Of a stretch of 64,000 bases of DNA, positions 30,382 to 40,471 are shown piece after piece. Below the pieces are notes generated by a model. That model had not been told where the DNA came from and did not search any database. It saw nothing but the letters and a program-made list of their open reading frames with translations. Made by a program: the position numbers and the translations under genes. The DNA is from an uncultured delta proteobacterium (GTDB lineage: Bacteria; Desulfobacterota; Desulfobaccia; Desulfobaccales; 0-14-0-80-60-11), in NCBI GenBank assembly GCA_963812015.1, contig CAWETI010000003.1, forward strand, positions 192,001 through 256,000. Reading direction: 5' to 3'. Numbering within the stretch: position 1 is the first letter of the stretch; every line of letters starts with the position of its first letter.

Positions 30382-31764
30382 TCATCGCACCGAATAGGTA
30401 CCCTGGGCTCCGGGGGGGGTATGCCCGGGAGGACCGCCGTTCTGGCCGCCGGGACCCTGGTACTGATGTACGGTGGTTTTAGGTTTCAGGTGTTGCGCCA
30501 CCTGGGTCCCCCCCTGGTGATCGCCCACCCCTGGCAGGCGGCAGGCATTTCCCGGAAAATGATGGGAGAAGAATACCGTGGGGTTGGTGATGGCGCTGGT
30601 CAGGATGATGTTAGGGATACCCGATCCAGACCCTGGGCCCCGGAAATGCCCGGCCATAGGCCATCCAAGAGGGATGTTTGCCAGGTGGTCCTGGGTGATC
30701 GGGTTGGTGGTGGAGAAATCCTCGAATTGGCCATCATGGTTTCTGTGGCAAAAAAAGTCTCTGTCGAAGTGAAAGTGGTGGCGCCACTTATGGTCGCAGG
30801 GCGGCGGAGTCGGCGGATTTTCCGGAGTGCCGAGGCTTTCGGTGCTTAGCAGGGTCGTCTGCGTCTTGGGCGGGATTTTCGGAGGCGTATAGGCCAGGGA
30901 ATAGAACGCCTGAAAGAAGCCGGTATATAATCCACCCAGGCTCCCGCCGTCGGCCGTCCCCGGGTCCCCGGTGGTGGCTGCACATCCCGAGATGGGGTCT
31001 GACGGGGCGCCGCCACCGCTTTCACCGCTCCCGGAATTGTTGCGCCTGCAGATGTTCACGCCGATGTTCATCAGCTGCATGAAGTTCTGCATGTCTTGCA
31101 GGCTGATCTTATAGGGCAGGGTGGGAGGCAGACCCTGGCCCACCGTGGTACCAAACATTTCCTTCAAGAAGACCCAATGATGGCCACCCTCGCCCTCGGA
31201 GCCGAAGGAGTACGCCACCTTGAAGGCCCGCTGGGGCAATTGGCCGACCTCCGGAAAAATATTGCCCACCTGGAGAACGCCCTCAAAATTCAAGATGGTG
31301 GAACTGTTGGGCTGGAGGCGAATGCCGAAGTCGGTGCCCCGCACCCCCATGACGGCGGTATTGGTCTTGACGATGAAATCCGGCTCGGCCGACTTGAAGA
31401 CTTTACTGACCACCACGTGGGCCAGGCCCTGGAAGAGTTGAATCACGGCATTGCGTTTTTCCTTGGTCGAGTCGACCATGTAGGCTTCGATGCCCACCCG
31501 GCTTTCCGGGGCAATACTCATGGTGGAATTATCGATGAAGGTGATCTGGGCCTTGGACAGGGACTTGGTCCGGATGACATCGCCTGTTTCCACCCCGTCA
31601 TCGACTTTGACCGGGGTGGCCGGGAGCTGCCCGCCCCTCAAAATGTCAACCCGACCTTCCACCTGGGTCAGACGTCCCACCACGTCCGCCTGGGCGCTGG
31701 TCAGCGCCGCCACCTGGAATGCCAGGATCACGAAAACCACCCAGAAGAATATGAACTTTCTCAT
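30382..31764 (-). CDS. Exported FecR-domain protein, paralog with long Gly/Pro/His-rich tail
   Basis: First ~230 aa closely parallel 28932-29876 (GDVIRTKSLSKAQITF, TAVMGVRGTDF). Confidence 0.75.
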   Translation of the reverse strand: MRKFIFFWVVFVILAFQVAALTSAQADVVGRLTQVEGRVDILRGGQLPATPVKVDDGVETGDVIRTKSLSKAQITFIDNSTMSIAPESRVGIEAYMVDSTKEKRNAVIQLFQGLAHVVVSKVFKSAEPDFIVKTNTAVMGVRGTDFGIRLQPNSSTILNFEGVLQVGNIFPEVGQLPQRAFKVAYSFGSEGEGGHHWVFLKEMFGTTVGQGLPPTLPYKISLQDMQNFMQLMNIGVNICRRNNSGSGESGGGAPSDPISGCAATTGDPGTADGGSLGGLYTGFFQAFYSLAYTPPKIPPKTQTTLLSTESLGTPENPPTPPPCDHKWRHHFHFDRDFFCHRNHDGQFEDFSTTNPITQDHLANIPLGWPMAGHFRGPGSGSGIPNIILTSAITNPTVFFSHHFPGNACRLPGVGDHQGGTQVAQHLKPKTTVHQYQGPGGQNGGPPGHTPPGAQGTYSVR

Positions 31765-32088
31765 AATTGGGCTCCTTTGGTGATCAGGGCCCCCCGCCTC
31801 CCCCCCATGGCCTGAGACTATCAACGCCGGCCGGGAAGCAATATCTCATGTTATATTAACTTAAATATTAAATTAATTAAATCAACACTTAATTAAATTA
31901 AAATTACATCAGACAATCCTCCCCTTGGCTGAGATGGGGGGGCATGCCTGGGAGATTAATTGGCGCCCCATCACCGCCAGACGGTGGCAGGGGCCGGACA
32001 ACTGAGACGTTATCGCAGATCTGTGGAGACGAGTGGACGATCAGCCGGATGCTGCAAATTCCGATTCTTTGCCGCCATGTACCTCCCG

Positions 32089-33663
32089 TTAGTACCGGTA
32101 GGAGAGTTGGCCGCCGGCGATGTAGCGGTGATAACTGTACAAGGAGACGTTAGAGTTGTCTCGGATATAGTAGAAGTGGATGCCGGCTTCCAGGCCTTTG
32201 ACTAACTCGTAAGTGCCCTGCATCCCGAGCGTGACGATCTGGTCAAAGCGCTTGGGTTGGGGGATCAGGGGGGCCCCGATGATGTTGCCGACGGTGGCGC
32301 CGTTGTAAAAAGTATTTTCATAGGGCTGGCTGGTGAGGTCCAGGAAGATATTGTATTTAAGCTTATCGGTGATGGGCCAGAGGGCCGACAGGAGCAGATC
32401 GTAGCTGTTGCTATCCCAGTTGTTGCCGGTGGTGGTATTGTTCAAATAGCTCAAGCGGGCCTGGAGGAACCCTTTTTGCTGCTTGAAAAAGTAGTACATC
32501 CCGACATTGCCCCCCAAAGCCTTGCCGCTGCGATCATCCGCATTTAAGAAGACGGGGGTCCAATAATATTGGCGATTATACCTGGCGCCCAATTCCAAGC
32601 CGACGTGCTCGGTGAGCAGGTGGAGATACGTAGGGGTCAGGAGAAACCCGGTGTAATACTTGTCTGATTGCAAGTCCATATAGGTATAACTGAAGGGGAG
32701 CCAGAAGCGGCCATCTTTAAAGCCATAGGTGGGGGTTAGGCCCAGGAAGTGGCTCATGATGTCGTAGCCCTGCACCGCGGGATGAAAATTCTGGAAATAG
32801 GAATATTGGGTCAAAACGCTGAAAGGACCGGCGGGTAAAATAGTATATTCCAGCAGGGCGCTCTGGGAGAACACGGCGCTGGCCTGTCCGGAGACCGTGG
32901 ATACCGTGGCGCCGCTGCCGGGGGCGAGGGTGACGTTGGAGTCGTAATCAATGCCCGACGATACGGTGATGTGGAAGGGGCGCAATTCTTCCAGCCGCTG
33001 GGAAAGGACCCCCATGTAGCGCTTGGCGAAATCCGCGGTCTGGGTCTCGGGATTCAGGGTGATGCTGTCCTGCATGGCCTTTTTGGCTTCTTTGAGGCGG
33101 TTGAGGGCGGCCAGGGCCAGACTGGCCTGGAACTTGGCCTCCTGGGCCACTTTGGGATCAGTCTCGGCCTTGCGAAAATAATCCAGGGCTTCGCTGTACT
33201 GGCCCTCTTTGGTGGCCGCAACCCCCAGCAAAAAGGCGGTCTGACCCGGCTCGTAACCGGAGGCCTCCACACTCTGTAAAATAGGCTTGGCGTCCTTGGC
33301 CTGATCCAGGGCGATGAGGGTGTCGGCCAGCATCAATTGGGCCGCCGGAAAATTCGGCTTGAGCCGTAAGGCTTCCTGCAAATTGTCTTTGGCTTTGGCG
33401 TAGTTGAGCATGAGCCGGTAAACCTGGCCCAACAGAAAAGCCTTTTCCGGAGTATGGGTGCCTTTTTCCCAGGCCTCGGTCAATTGCGCCAAGGCCTCGT
33501 CGTAATTCTCCTGCTGCAGGTTTTGGGCGGCCTTCTGCACCAACACATCATCGTAGGGCGTAATCGCCTGGCTCGGTAACGCCCCGATCAGGAGCAGAAC
33601 GAGGAAACATCCCAGGACCGTTGCCGTCCGCTTAGCCATTATCCCCCAACTCTTGATGATCAC
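32089..33663 (-). CDS. TPR + outer-membrane beta-barrel protein (Slam/DUF560-like)
   Basis: Signal peptide, TPR helices, barrel starting at YDSNV, Tyr-rich strands, C-terminal LSYRY. Confidence 0.7.
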   Translation of the reverse strand: MIIKSWGIMAKRTATVLGCFLVLLLIGALPSQAITPYDDVLVQKAAQNLQQENYDEALAQLTEAWEKGTHTPEKAFLLGQVYRLMLNYAKAKDNLQEALRLKPNFPAAQLMLADTLIALDQAKDAKPILQSVEASGYEPGQTAFLLGVAATKEGQYSEALDYFRKAETDPKVAQEAKFQASLALAALNRLKEAKKAMQDSITLNPETQTADFAKRYMGVLSQRLEELRPFHITVSSGIDYDSNVTLAPGSGATVSTVSGQASAVFSQSALLEYTILPAGPFSVLTQYSYFQNFHPAVQGYDIMSHFLGLTPTYGFKDGRFWLPFSYTYMDLQSDKYYTGFLLTPTYLHLLTEHVGLELGARYNRQYYWTPVFLNADDRSGKALGGNVGMYYFFKQQKGFLQARLSYLNNTTTGNNWDSNSYDLLLSALWPITDKLKYNIFLDLTSQPYENTFYNGATVGNIIGAPLIPQPKRFDQIVTLGMQGTYELVKGLEAGIHFYYIRDNSNVSLYSYHRYIAGGQLSYRY

Positions 33664-33897
33664 AGGTCATTTTCCCCTCGGTATTTTTTTGCAGGCCTAA
33701 GATAGCACAATAGTTTAGAATGTAAAGCGATTTATGATTTTTGTAGAATATCTTTATCATGATTGCCTGGTCTGCCTGGTATCTGGCTCAGGCACAATGA
33801 CCTTCTCCTGTGGGAGGGAAGGTGGCTGATTCTGGCCCCCAAAGGGCCGATTGCCCCGAGGACAGATGAGGTCCTGGGGAGTTCATGAGGAGTAATC

Positions 33898-34587
33898 ATG
33901 GCAGCGGAAAGAGAAGAGAGGTCCCAGGCCAAGGCCAAATTTCCCCGGGAAATGGACGAGATAAAGGACAAGGTCATGGAGTTGGCCCGTCTGGCCACCA
34001 CCGCCATGGCGCAGAGCGTCCAGGCCGTGCTGACGCGGGACGCGGACCTGGCCCGGGGGGTAATCACCAGGGACGTTGCCATCAATAACCTGGAGGAATC
34101 CATCGACCGGGAATGCGTGCGCCTGATCGCGTTATTCCAGCCGGTGGCCGGGGATTTGCGCCAACTCATGGCTGTGGACCATATCATTACCGAGTTGGAA
34201 CGGATCGGCGACTCCGCCACGAACATCGCCGAAGAAGTGCTTACCCTGGGGCACCTGTCGCCCCGACCCATCCACCCCAGTCTGGCGTCCATGGCGCAAA
34301 GCGTCCAGGGTATGGTGCGCCAGAGCCTGGAAGCCTTTTTCCGGAGCAATTCCCACCTGGCCCGGCAGGTCTGCCTGGCGGACGCCGACGTGGATGCCCT
34401 GGACCAGGCCATTATCCAGGACCTGCTCGGGGAGATGACCGGGGCGTTGGAGGCCATCCTTCCCGGCCAGAGCCAGATCAACATCGTGCGCAATCTGGAG
34501 CGGGTGGGAGACCACGCCACCAATATCGCCGAACAGGTGGTTTTTATGGTGGAAGGGGAGAGCATTCGCCACCGCTGCCAGGGGTAG
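33898..34587 (+). CDS. phoU: Phosphate signalling protein PhoU
   Basis: QPVAGDLR, ELERIGDSATNIAE, NLERVGDHATNIAE; RBS GAGGAG. Confidence 0.95.
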   Translation: MAAEREERSQAKAKFPREMDEIKDKVMELARLATTAMAQSVQAVLTRDADLARGVITRDVAINNLEESIDRECVRLIALFQPVAGDLRQLMAVDHIITELERIGDSATNIAEEVLTLGHLSPRPIHPSLASMAQSVQGMVRQSLEAFFRSNSHLARQVCLADADVDALDQAIIQDLLGEMTGALEAILPGQSQINIVRNLERVGDHATNIAEQVVFMVEGESIRHRCQG

Positions 34588-34689
34588 GGCCGGGACGACC
34601 GGGGTAGGGCCGGGCTCGGATCGGTCCCCGGGAGCCTCCCGGCCCGAGCGGGCGGGGGGCTAACCTGAGCCAAAAATCCCTTATATCTC

Positions 34690-34718
34690 TTGACAAATCC
34701 CTTTGCTCTTATTAATTT
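34690..34718 (+). promoter_or_regulatory. Putative sigma70 promoter of hrcA-grpE-dnaK
   Basis: TTGACA-17 bp-TAATTT. Confidence 0.55.
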
Positions 34719-34748
34719 ATATGATTGAAAATGGAAAAGAGCCGCGTC

Positions 34749-35786
34749 ATGGAAGTCCTGGGGGAGAGAGACACCTGGGTATTGAAAACCGTGGTGGCCC
34801 AGTACATCGCGACTGGGGAACCGGTGGGGTCCCGGACCGTGGCCAAGACCTCGGGCCTTAATCTCTCGCCGGCCACTATTCGCAATCTCATGCTGGACCT
34901 GGAAGAAGGCGGCTACCTGCGTCAGCCCCACACCTCGGCCGGCCGGATCCCCACGCCCGAAGGCTTCCGCTATTACGTGGACCATATCCTGCCCGTCCGG
35001 GAATTGGGCCGGTCCATGCAGCAGCAGATCCAGGAGGCGTTCTCGCCCCCGACCCATGAGCCCCAAGAGTTATTTCGCCAGGCCTCCCGAGTCCTCTCCA
35101 TGGTGAGCGGCCACCCAGCCCTGGTGCTGGGCCCTCGCCCCCAGGGCATACGCCTGAAGCATATGCAGTTTATCAGCCTGAGTGAGGATGGGGTGCTGAC
35201 GGTGTTGGTGTCCCAGGATAATCAGGTGCAGACCAGATTTGTGCGCACCGAGACCCGTTTGTCTCAAGAGATGTTGGACCGCTTCAGCCGGTATCTCAAT
35301 GAGCTCTGCCAGAACCTGACCCTGGGGGAGTCCCGGCACCGGATCCTGGTCAAGATGGAAGAAGAAAAGAGCCTGTTCGATAAGATGCTCTCCCAGGCCC
35401 TGAGCCTCAGCCGCCAGGCCCTGCAAAATGACGAGGAAGAAGAACTCTACATCGAGGGCACCAGCCATATCCTGGATTACCCGGAATTTAGCGCCGATGT
35501 GGACAAGATCCGGAGCATCTTCAAGGCCTTTGAAGAAAAGCACCATCTCGTAGTGCTGCTGGACCGGACCATGGCGGCCCAGGGAGTGCAGATTATTATC
35601 AGTCCCGAGGAGCAGTTTCCGGAGATGCAGTTGTCTCTGGTGGCCTCCTCTTACGGCTCCCAGGAGACGTCCTTCGGGAGCCTGGGCGTCATCGGCCCCA
35701 TGCGCATGGATTACGCCCGGCTGGTCCCCATTGTGCGGTACACGGCCGCCATGGTCTCAGGCCTGCTCGCCAAACGACAGACGTGA
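34749..35786 (+). CDS. hrcA: Heat-inducible transcription repressor
   Basis: GEPVGSR, SPATIRN, PHTSAGRIPT, GVIGPMRMDY. Start could be 34731. Confidence 0.96.
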   Translation: MEVLGERDTWVLKTVVAQYIATGEPVGSRTVAKTSGLNLSPATIRNLMLDLEEGGYLRQPHTSAGRIPTPEGFRYYVDHILPVRELGRSMQQQIQEAFSPPTHEPQELFRQASRVLSMVSGHPALVLGPRPQGIRLKHMQFISLSEDGVLTVLVSQDNQVQTRFVRTETRLSQEMLDRFSRYLNELCQNLTLGESRHRILVKMEEEKSLFDKMLSQALSLSRQALQNDEEEELYIEGTSHILDYPEFSADVDKIRSIFKAFEEKHHLVVLLDRTMAAQGVQIIISPEEQFPEMQLSLVASSYGSQETSFGSLGVIGPMRMDYARLVPIVRYTAAMVSGLLAKRQT

Positions 35787-35885
35787 GTGGCGCGCCCTTG
35801 AGACCGGCCTCATCCGGGGGAGCCGGCCGCGGGATATATCGATGAGTTTTAGGTGGTGGGAAGCATGTTAAGGAGAAAGGGGTTT

Positions 35886-36488
35886 ATGACCTTATCCAAA
35901 TCCGATAAGGGCTCGCAGCCTGGAATGCAAGACCCGGAAGCGACGACGGCGCCAGAAGTGACCTCGGGAGCTTCAGGGGACCTGGCGGAGTTACAAAATA
36001 AGCTGCAGGAAAAGACGAAAGAGGCCGAAGAGAACTATGCTCGCCTGCTGCGCCTGGCCGCCGACATGGAAAATTTGAAAAAGCGCCAGGAGCGGGAACG
36101 GGCGGACCTCCTTCAATTCGGAAACGAGAACCTGATCAAAGAACTCCTGCCCGTGGTGGACAACCTGGAGCGGGCCTTGGACCACGGCCGGCAACTGGAT
36201 GCGCCGGGGGCCTTGCTGGACGGCATCGACATGGTTTACCAGGGTTTTCTCAAGGCCCTGGACCGATTCGGCGTCACTCCCCTGGACAGCGTGGGTCAGC
36301 CATTCGACCCGGCTTTCCATAATGCCGTGATGCAGGAAGCGGCCCCGGATCTGCCGGACGGCAGCGTCATCAAAGAATTACAAAAGGGCTACCTCATGAA
36401 CCAGCGCCTGCTCAGGCCGGCCATGGTCGTGGTGGCCCGCAATACCCAAGACGACACTACATCATGTCAAACCGATTCAACGGTTTAG
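35886..36488 (+). CDS. grpE: Nucleotide exchange factor GrpE
   Basis: LLPVVDNLERAL, FDPAFHNA, KGY...RLLRPAMV. Confidence 0.96.
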   Translation: MTLSKSDKGSQPGMQDPEATTAPEVTSGASGDLAELQNKLQEKTKEAEENYARLLRLAADMENLKKRQERERADLLQFGNENLIKELLPVVDNLERALDHGRQLDAPGALLDGIDMVYQGFLKALDRFGVTPLDSVGQPFDPAFHNAVMQEAAPDLPDGSVIKELQKGYLMNQRLLRPAMVVVARNTQDDTTSCQTDSTV

Positions 36489-36500
36489 GAGGAGAAATAC

Positions 36501-38429
36501 ATGTCTAAAGTAATCGGTATCGATTTAGGCACCACGAATTCCTGTGTGGCCATTATGGAAGGTGGCGAGCCTAAGGTCATCCCGAATGTCGAGGGGACCC
36601 GCACCACCCCTTCAGTGGTGGCCTTCACCGAGAGCGGCGAACGGTTGGTGGGGCAGATTGCCAAGCGCCAGGCCATCACCAACCCTTTAAATACCGTGTT
36701 TTCCGTCAAACGGCTCATCGGCCGGAAATTCAGTGACCCGGAAGTGCAGCGGGACCTGAAGATCCTCCCCTACAAGATCGTCCAGGCGGAGAACGGCGAC
36801 GCCCACATCGACATCCGGGGCAAGGTCTATTCCCCCGCCGAGATCTCGTCCATGATCCTCACCAAGATGAAGCAGACCGCGGAAGAGTATCTGGGGGAAA
36901 AGGTGACCGAGGCCGTGATCACCACGCCGGCCTACTTCAGCGACGCCCAGCGCCAGGCTACCAAGGACGCCGGGCGCATCGCCGGCCTCGAGGTGTTGAG
37001 GATCATCAACGAGCCCACGGCCGCCTCCATGGCCTACGGCCTGGATAAAAAGAAGGACGAACGCATCGCGGTGTTCGATCTGGGGGGCGGCACCTTCGAC
37101 ATCTCCATCCTGGAGATCGGCGAAGGCGTCTTCGAAGTCAAATCCACCAACGGCGACACCCATCTGGGCGGCGACGACTTCGACCAGCGGGTCATCGACT
37201 TCCTGGCGGATGAGTTCATGCGGGAACAGGGCATCAACCTCCGCAATGACAAGATGGCCCTGCAGCGCCTGAAAGAAGCGGCGGAAAAGGCCAAAATGGA
37301 GCTTTCCACCTCCATGGAGACCGAAGTCAACCTGCCCTTCATCACCGCCGACGCCTCCGGCCCCAAGCACCTGCTCATCAAGCTTAGCCGGGCCAAGCTG
37401 GAGGGCCTGGTGGCGAACCTCATCGAAAATATGGTCGGCCCTTGTCAAAACGCCTTGAGGGATGCCAAAGTCACCCCCAAAGACATCGACGAGGTCATCC
37501 TGGTGGGGGGCATGACCCGTATGCCTAAGGTCCAGGAGAAGGTCAAGGAGATCTTCGGCAAGGAACCCCACAAGGGGGTGAACCCCGACGAAGTGGTGGC
37601 GGTGGGCGCCGCCATTCAGGCCGGGGTCCTCAAAGGGGAGGTGAAGGATGTCCTCCTCCTGGACGTCACCCCCCTGTCCCTGGGGATCGAGACCCTGGGA
37701 AGCGTCTTTACCCGGATCATCGACCGCAACACCACCATCCCCACCCGGAAGAACCAGGTCTTCTCCACCGCGGCGGACAACCAGACTGCGGTGACCATCC
37801 ATGTGCTCCAGGGCGAGCGGGATATGGCCGGGGATAACAAGACCCTGGGGCGGTTCGAACTGTTCGGCATTCCGCCGGCGCCCCGGGGCATCCCCCAGAT
37901 CGAGGTCACCTTCGACATTGACGCCAACGGCATCGTCCAAGTCTCCGCCAAGGATATGGGCACCGGCAAGGAGCAGTCCATCCGCATCACGGCGACCAGC
38001 GGTCTTTCCGAGGAGGAGATCAAGAACCTCATCAGGGATGCCGAACTCCATGCCGAAGAAGACCACAAGAAGCGGGCGCTGATTGAGGCCCGCAACCAGG
38101 CCGATACCCTGATCTACACCACCGAAAAGACCGTGACCGACCTGGGGGACAAGGTTGACGCGGCCACCAAGGCGGACATCGAAAGCCACGTCGCCAGCCT
38201 CAAGACCGCCATGGAAGGGACTGACCAGGAGGCCATCAAGCAAAAGAGCGAAGAGCTGATGAAGGCTTCTCACAAGCTGGCGGAACAGATGTACGCCAAA
38301 TCCGGCGCGGCCGGCCCGGGCGAAGGCCCGGGTGCGGGTCCCGGCGCCGGGGCGGGCCATGGCCACGAAGAGAAGGCCAAGAAACCCGAAGAGGAAGTGG
38401 TGGAGGCCGAATTCGAGGAAGTGAAGTAG
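36501..38429 (+). CDS. dnaK: Chaperone DnaK
   Basis: [31 protein letters not shown]. Confidence 0.99.
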   Translation: MSKVIGIDLGTTNSCVAIMEGGEPKVIPNVEGTRTTPSVVAFTESGERLVGQIAKRQAITNPLNTVFSVKRLIGRKFSDPEVQRDLKILPYKIVQAENGDAHIDIRGKVYSPAEISSMILTKMKQTAEEYLGEKVTEAVITTPAYFSDAQRQATKDAGRIAGLEVLRIINEPTAASMAYGLDKKKDERIAVFDLGGGTFDISILEIGEGVFEVKSTNGDTHLGGDDFDQRVIDFLADEFMREQGINLRNDKMALQRLKEAAEKAKMELSTSMETEVNLPFITADASGPKHLLIKLSRAKLEGLVANLIENMVGPCQNALRDAKVTPKDIDEVILVGGMTRMPKVQEKVKEIFGKEPHKGVNPDEVVAVGAAIQAGVLKGEVKDVLLLDVTPLSLGIETLGSVFTRIIDRNTTIPTRKNQVFSTAADNQTAVTIHVLQGERDMAGDNKTLGRFELFGIPPAPRGIPQIEVTFDIDANGIVQVSAKDMGTGKEQSIRITATSGLSEEEIKNLIRDAELHAEEDHKKRALIEARNQADTLIYTTEKTVTDLGDKVDAATKADIESHVASLKTAMEGTDQEAIKQKSEELMKASHKLAEQMYAKSGAAGPGEGPGAGPGAGAGHGHEEKAKKPEEEVVEAEFEEVK

Positions 38430-38614
38430 GGCCGGCAATGAGCCTGACACCGGCGGGGGCCAGGGGCTTTTTTGTAAGTGCCCCTGCCCCTTCTGACAAT
38501 TGACACTTAAACCCCTGGCGGGGAAACGTTTGAGGGGAGGTCGGGAAAGTAGTTGGCGTCCCGGCCCTCCCCTCAAATTATTCTTTTTAACCAGACCCTG
38601 CGGAAGCCACCGTT

Positions 38615-40471
38615 ATGGTTCGAAAGCTTGTTTTCCTGTTCCTGGTCATGGCGCTGCTGCCGGCCTGCGTCGCCCTGCCGCCCGCTTCGCCTCCCGGGGC
38701 TCCGGGCCCCAAGGTCCAAGCGACCGACACCGCGGTTTTTCAAGAAGCCGAAGCCAGCTACCGCCGTCAGGCCTATCAACAGGCTTATCAGCAATATAAC
38801 CTTTACCTGGAGCGCTATCCCCAGGGGCCCCAGGCCATGGAGGCCCGCCTCAAGGCCGCCGAAATCCTCGGTCTCTTAGGGGACTGGCAGGGATCTCTCC
38901 GGCGCTATCAGGGCATCTTGGCCCGCCAGCCCGGACCGGAGGTCGGACTCAAGGCCCGCTATGGCCTGGGCTGGGCTTACTTCAAGTTGGGCGAGTACCA
39001 GCAGGCCTCCCAGGTGTTGGACAACTTGACGGCGGCGTCGGACCTGCCGCGCTCTCTGTGGTTTTCCACCCAGGCCCTGATGGGCGAGATCGCCCTGAAG
39101 CAGGGCCGGGTGCCCCAGGCTTTTGCCCGCCTCCGGCTGGCGGCCCAGGATTTGGGCTCCGGCGACCCGGAGTGGTTCGAGGACCTGAAAACCCGGCTGC
39201 TGGAACAGGCCACCGTCCAGGAACTCGAGCAGCTGGCGACCGACTACCGGGATGCCCCCCTGAGCGCCGCCCTGCTCCTCCGTCTGGCCCGGGTGGCCCA
39301 GGATTCCGGGCAACCGGAGGCGGCCCGCAAATGGGCGGCCACCCTTAAGGAGCGTTTTCCCGGCAGCCCCGAAGCGGTCGCGGCCGACCGGCTCTTGGTG
39401 GGAAGCAAGGTGGTGGTAGGCTGCCTCCTGCCCTTGAGCGGCCAGCTGAGCACCATCGGTTTTCGGGTGCAGCGGGGCATGGAACTGGCGGCGAAGCGGA
39501 CCCCGGTGAAACTGGTTTTTCGGGACATCGGCACGGACCCGGAATCCGCGGCCGGCATTACCCGGGAACTGGCCCAGGATGAAAGCGTGGTGGCCATCCT
39601 GGGGCCGCTGTCGTCCTCCGTGGCTCAGGACGCCGCCGACGCGGCCCAAGCGGCGTCGGTGCCCCTCATCACCTTGGCCCAGAAGGATGGCCTGACCCAG
39701 ACGGGCGCGTGGATTTTCCAGGCCTTCCTGACGCCCCGTCAACAGGTGCGGGCCCTGGTCCGCCAGGCCATGGGCCAGGGGATCAAGCGCTACGCCGTGC
39801 TCTACCCTGATTCCTCTTACGGCCGCACCTTCTTCCAGAATTTCCAAGACGAGGTGGCGTCCCAGGGGGGTGAGCTGGTGGCCCAGGCCTTCTACAGCCA
39901 GGGCTCCCAAGAGTTCGGACCCACCCTGGCCTCCATGGCTGAGGGTCTCAAGCCCCAGCCGGAAGAGGCGAAGGCAGCCACCGCCCTGTTCATCCCCGAT
40001 GACCCCGCCACCGTGGCCGCCATCGCCGGGAGCCTGGCCGACAGCCCCCTCCAGGGCTGCCAACTGTTGGGCACCAATCTGTTCCATAATGCTCAGATCC
40101 CGGAGGCCCAGGTAACGGCCTTGCAAGGGATTATCTTTCCCGACGCCTTTTTTGCCGGCGACCCCAATCCCGCGGTGCAGAAATTCATTGCCGCCTACCG
40201 CCAGCAGTACGGGGAGGAGCCTGACTACCTGGCGGCCCAGGGCTATGTGGTGTTGAGCCTGATGGCCCGGCTGGCGGAGTCGCACCCGGGACTGAGCCGG
40301 ACCGCGCTCCCCCAGCAGTTGCTGAGCCTCAAGCGCCTTCCAAACCTTCCCTGGTTTAAGGGGTTCAACTCCCAGCGGGAGGAGGAAGCCGATGTGTATC
40401 TCCTCACCCTGACGAGCGGGGGCATCCAGATGGTCCCCGCGTCCCCCGCCGGGACCGAGCCGGGTCAATGA
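38615..40471 (+). CDS. LpoA/LppC-like lipoprotein (TPR + periplasmic binding-protein fold; PBP activator family)
   Basis: Lipobox LPAC, TPR repeats, VGCLLPLSG, ILGPL, YAVLYP. Confidence 0.75.
   Translation: MVRKLVFLFLVMALLPACVALPPASPPGAPGPKVQATDTAVFQEAEASYRRQAYQQAYQQYNLYLERYPQGPQAMEARLKAAEILGLLGDWQGSLRRYQGILARQPGPEVGLKARYGLGWAYFKLGEYQQASQVLDNLTAASDLPRSLWFSTQALMGEIALKQGRVPQAFARLRLAAQDLGSGDPEWFEDLKTRLLEQATVQELEQLATDYRDAPLSAALLLRLARVAQDSGQPEAARKWAATLKERFPGSPEAVAADRLLVGSKVVVGCLLPLSGQLSTIGFRVQRGMELAAKRTPVKLVFRDIGTDPESAAGITRELAQDESVVAILGPLSSSVAQDAADAAQAASVPLITLAQKDGLTQTGAWIFQAFLTPRQQVRALVRQAMGQGIKRYAVLYPDSSYGRTFFQNFQDEVASQGGELVAQAFYSQGSQEFGPTLASMAEGLKPQPEEAKAATALFIPDDPATVAAIAGSLADSPLQGCQLLGTNLFHNAQIPEAQVTALQGIIFPDAFFAGDPNPAVQKFIAAYRQQYGEEPDYLAAQGYVVLSLMARLAESHPGLSRTALPQQLLSLKRLPNLPWFKGFNSQREEEADVYLLTLTSGGIQMVPASPAGTEPGQ

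Noticed and set aside
38440..38475. Intrinsic terminator after dnaK
   Set aside because: A T-tract is present but the stem is too imperfect to call with confidence.
36687..38576. 629-aa antisense ORF over dnaK, and the many other long shadow ORFs
   Set aside because: Typical antisense open frames of GC-rich coding DNA, with no recognisable motifs.
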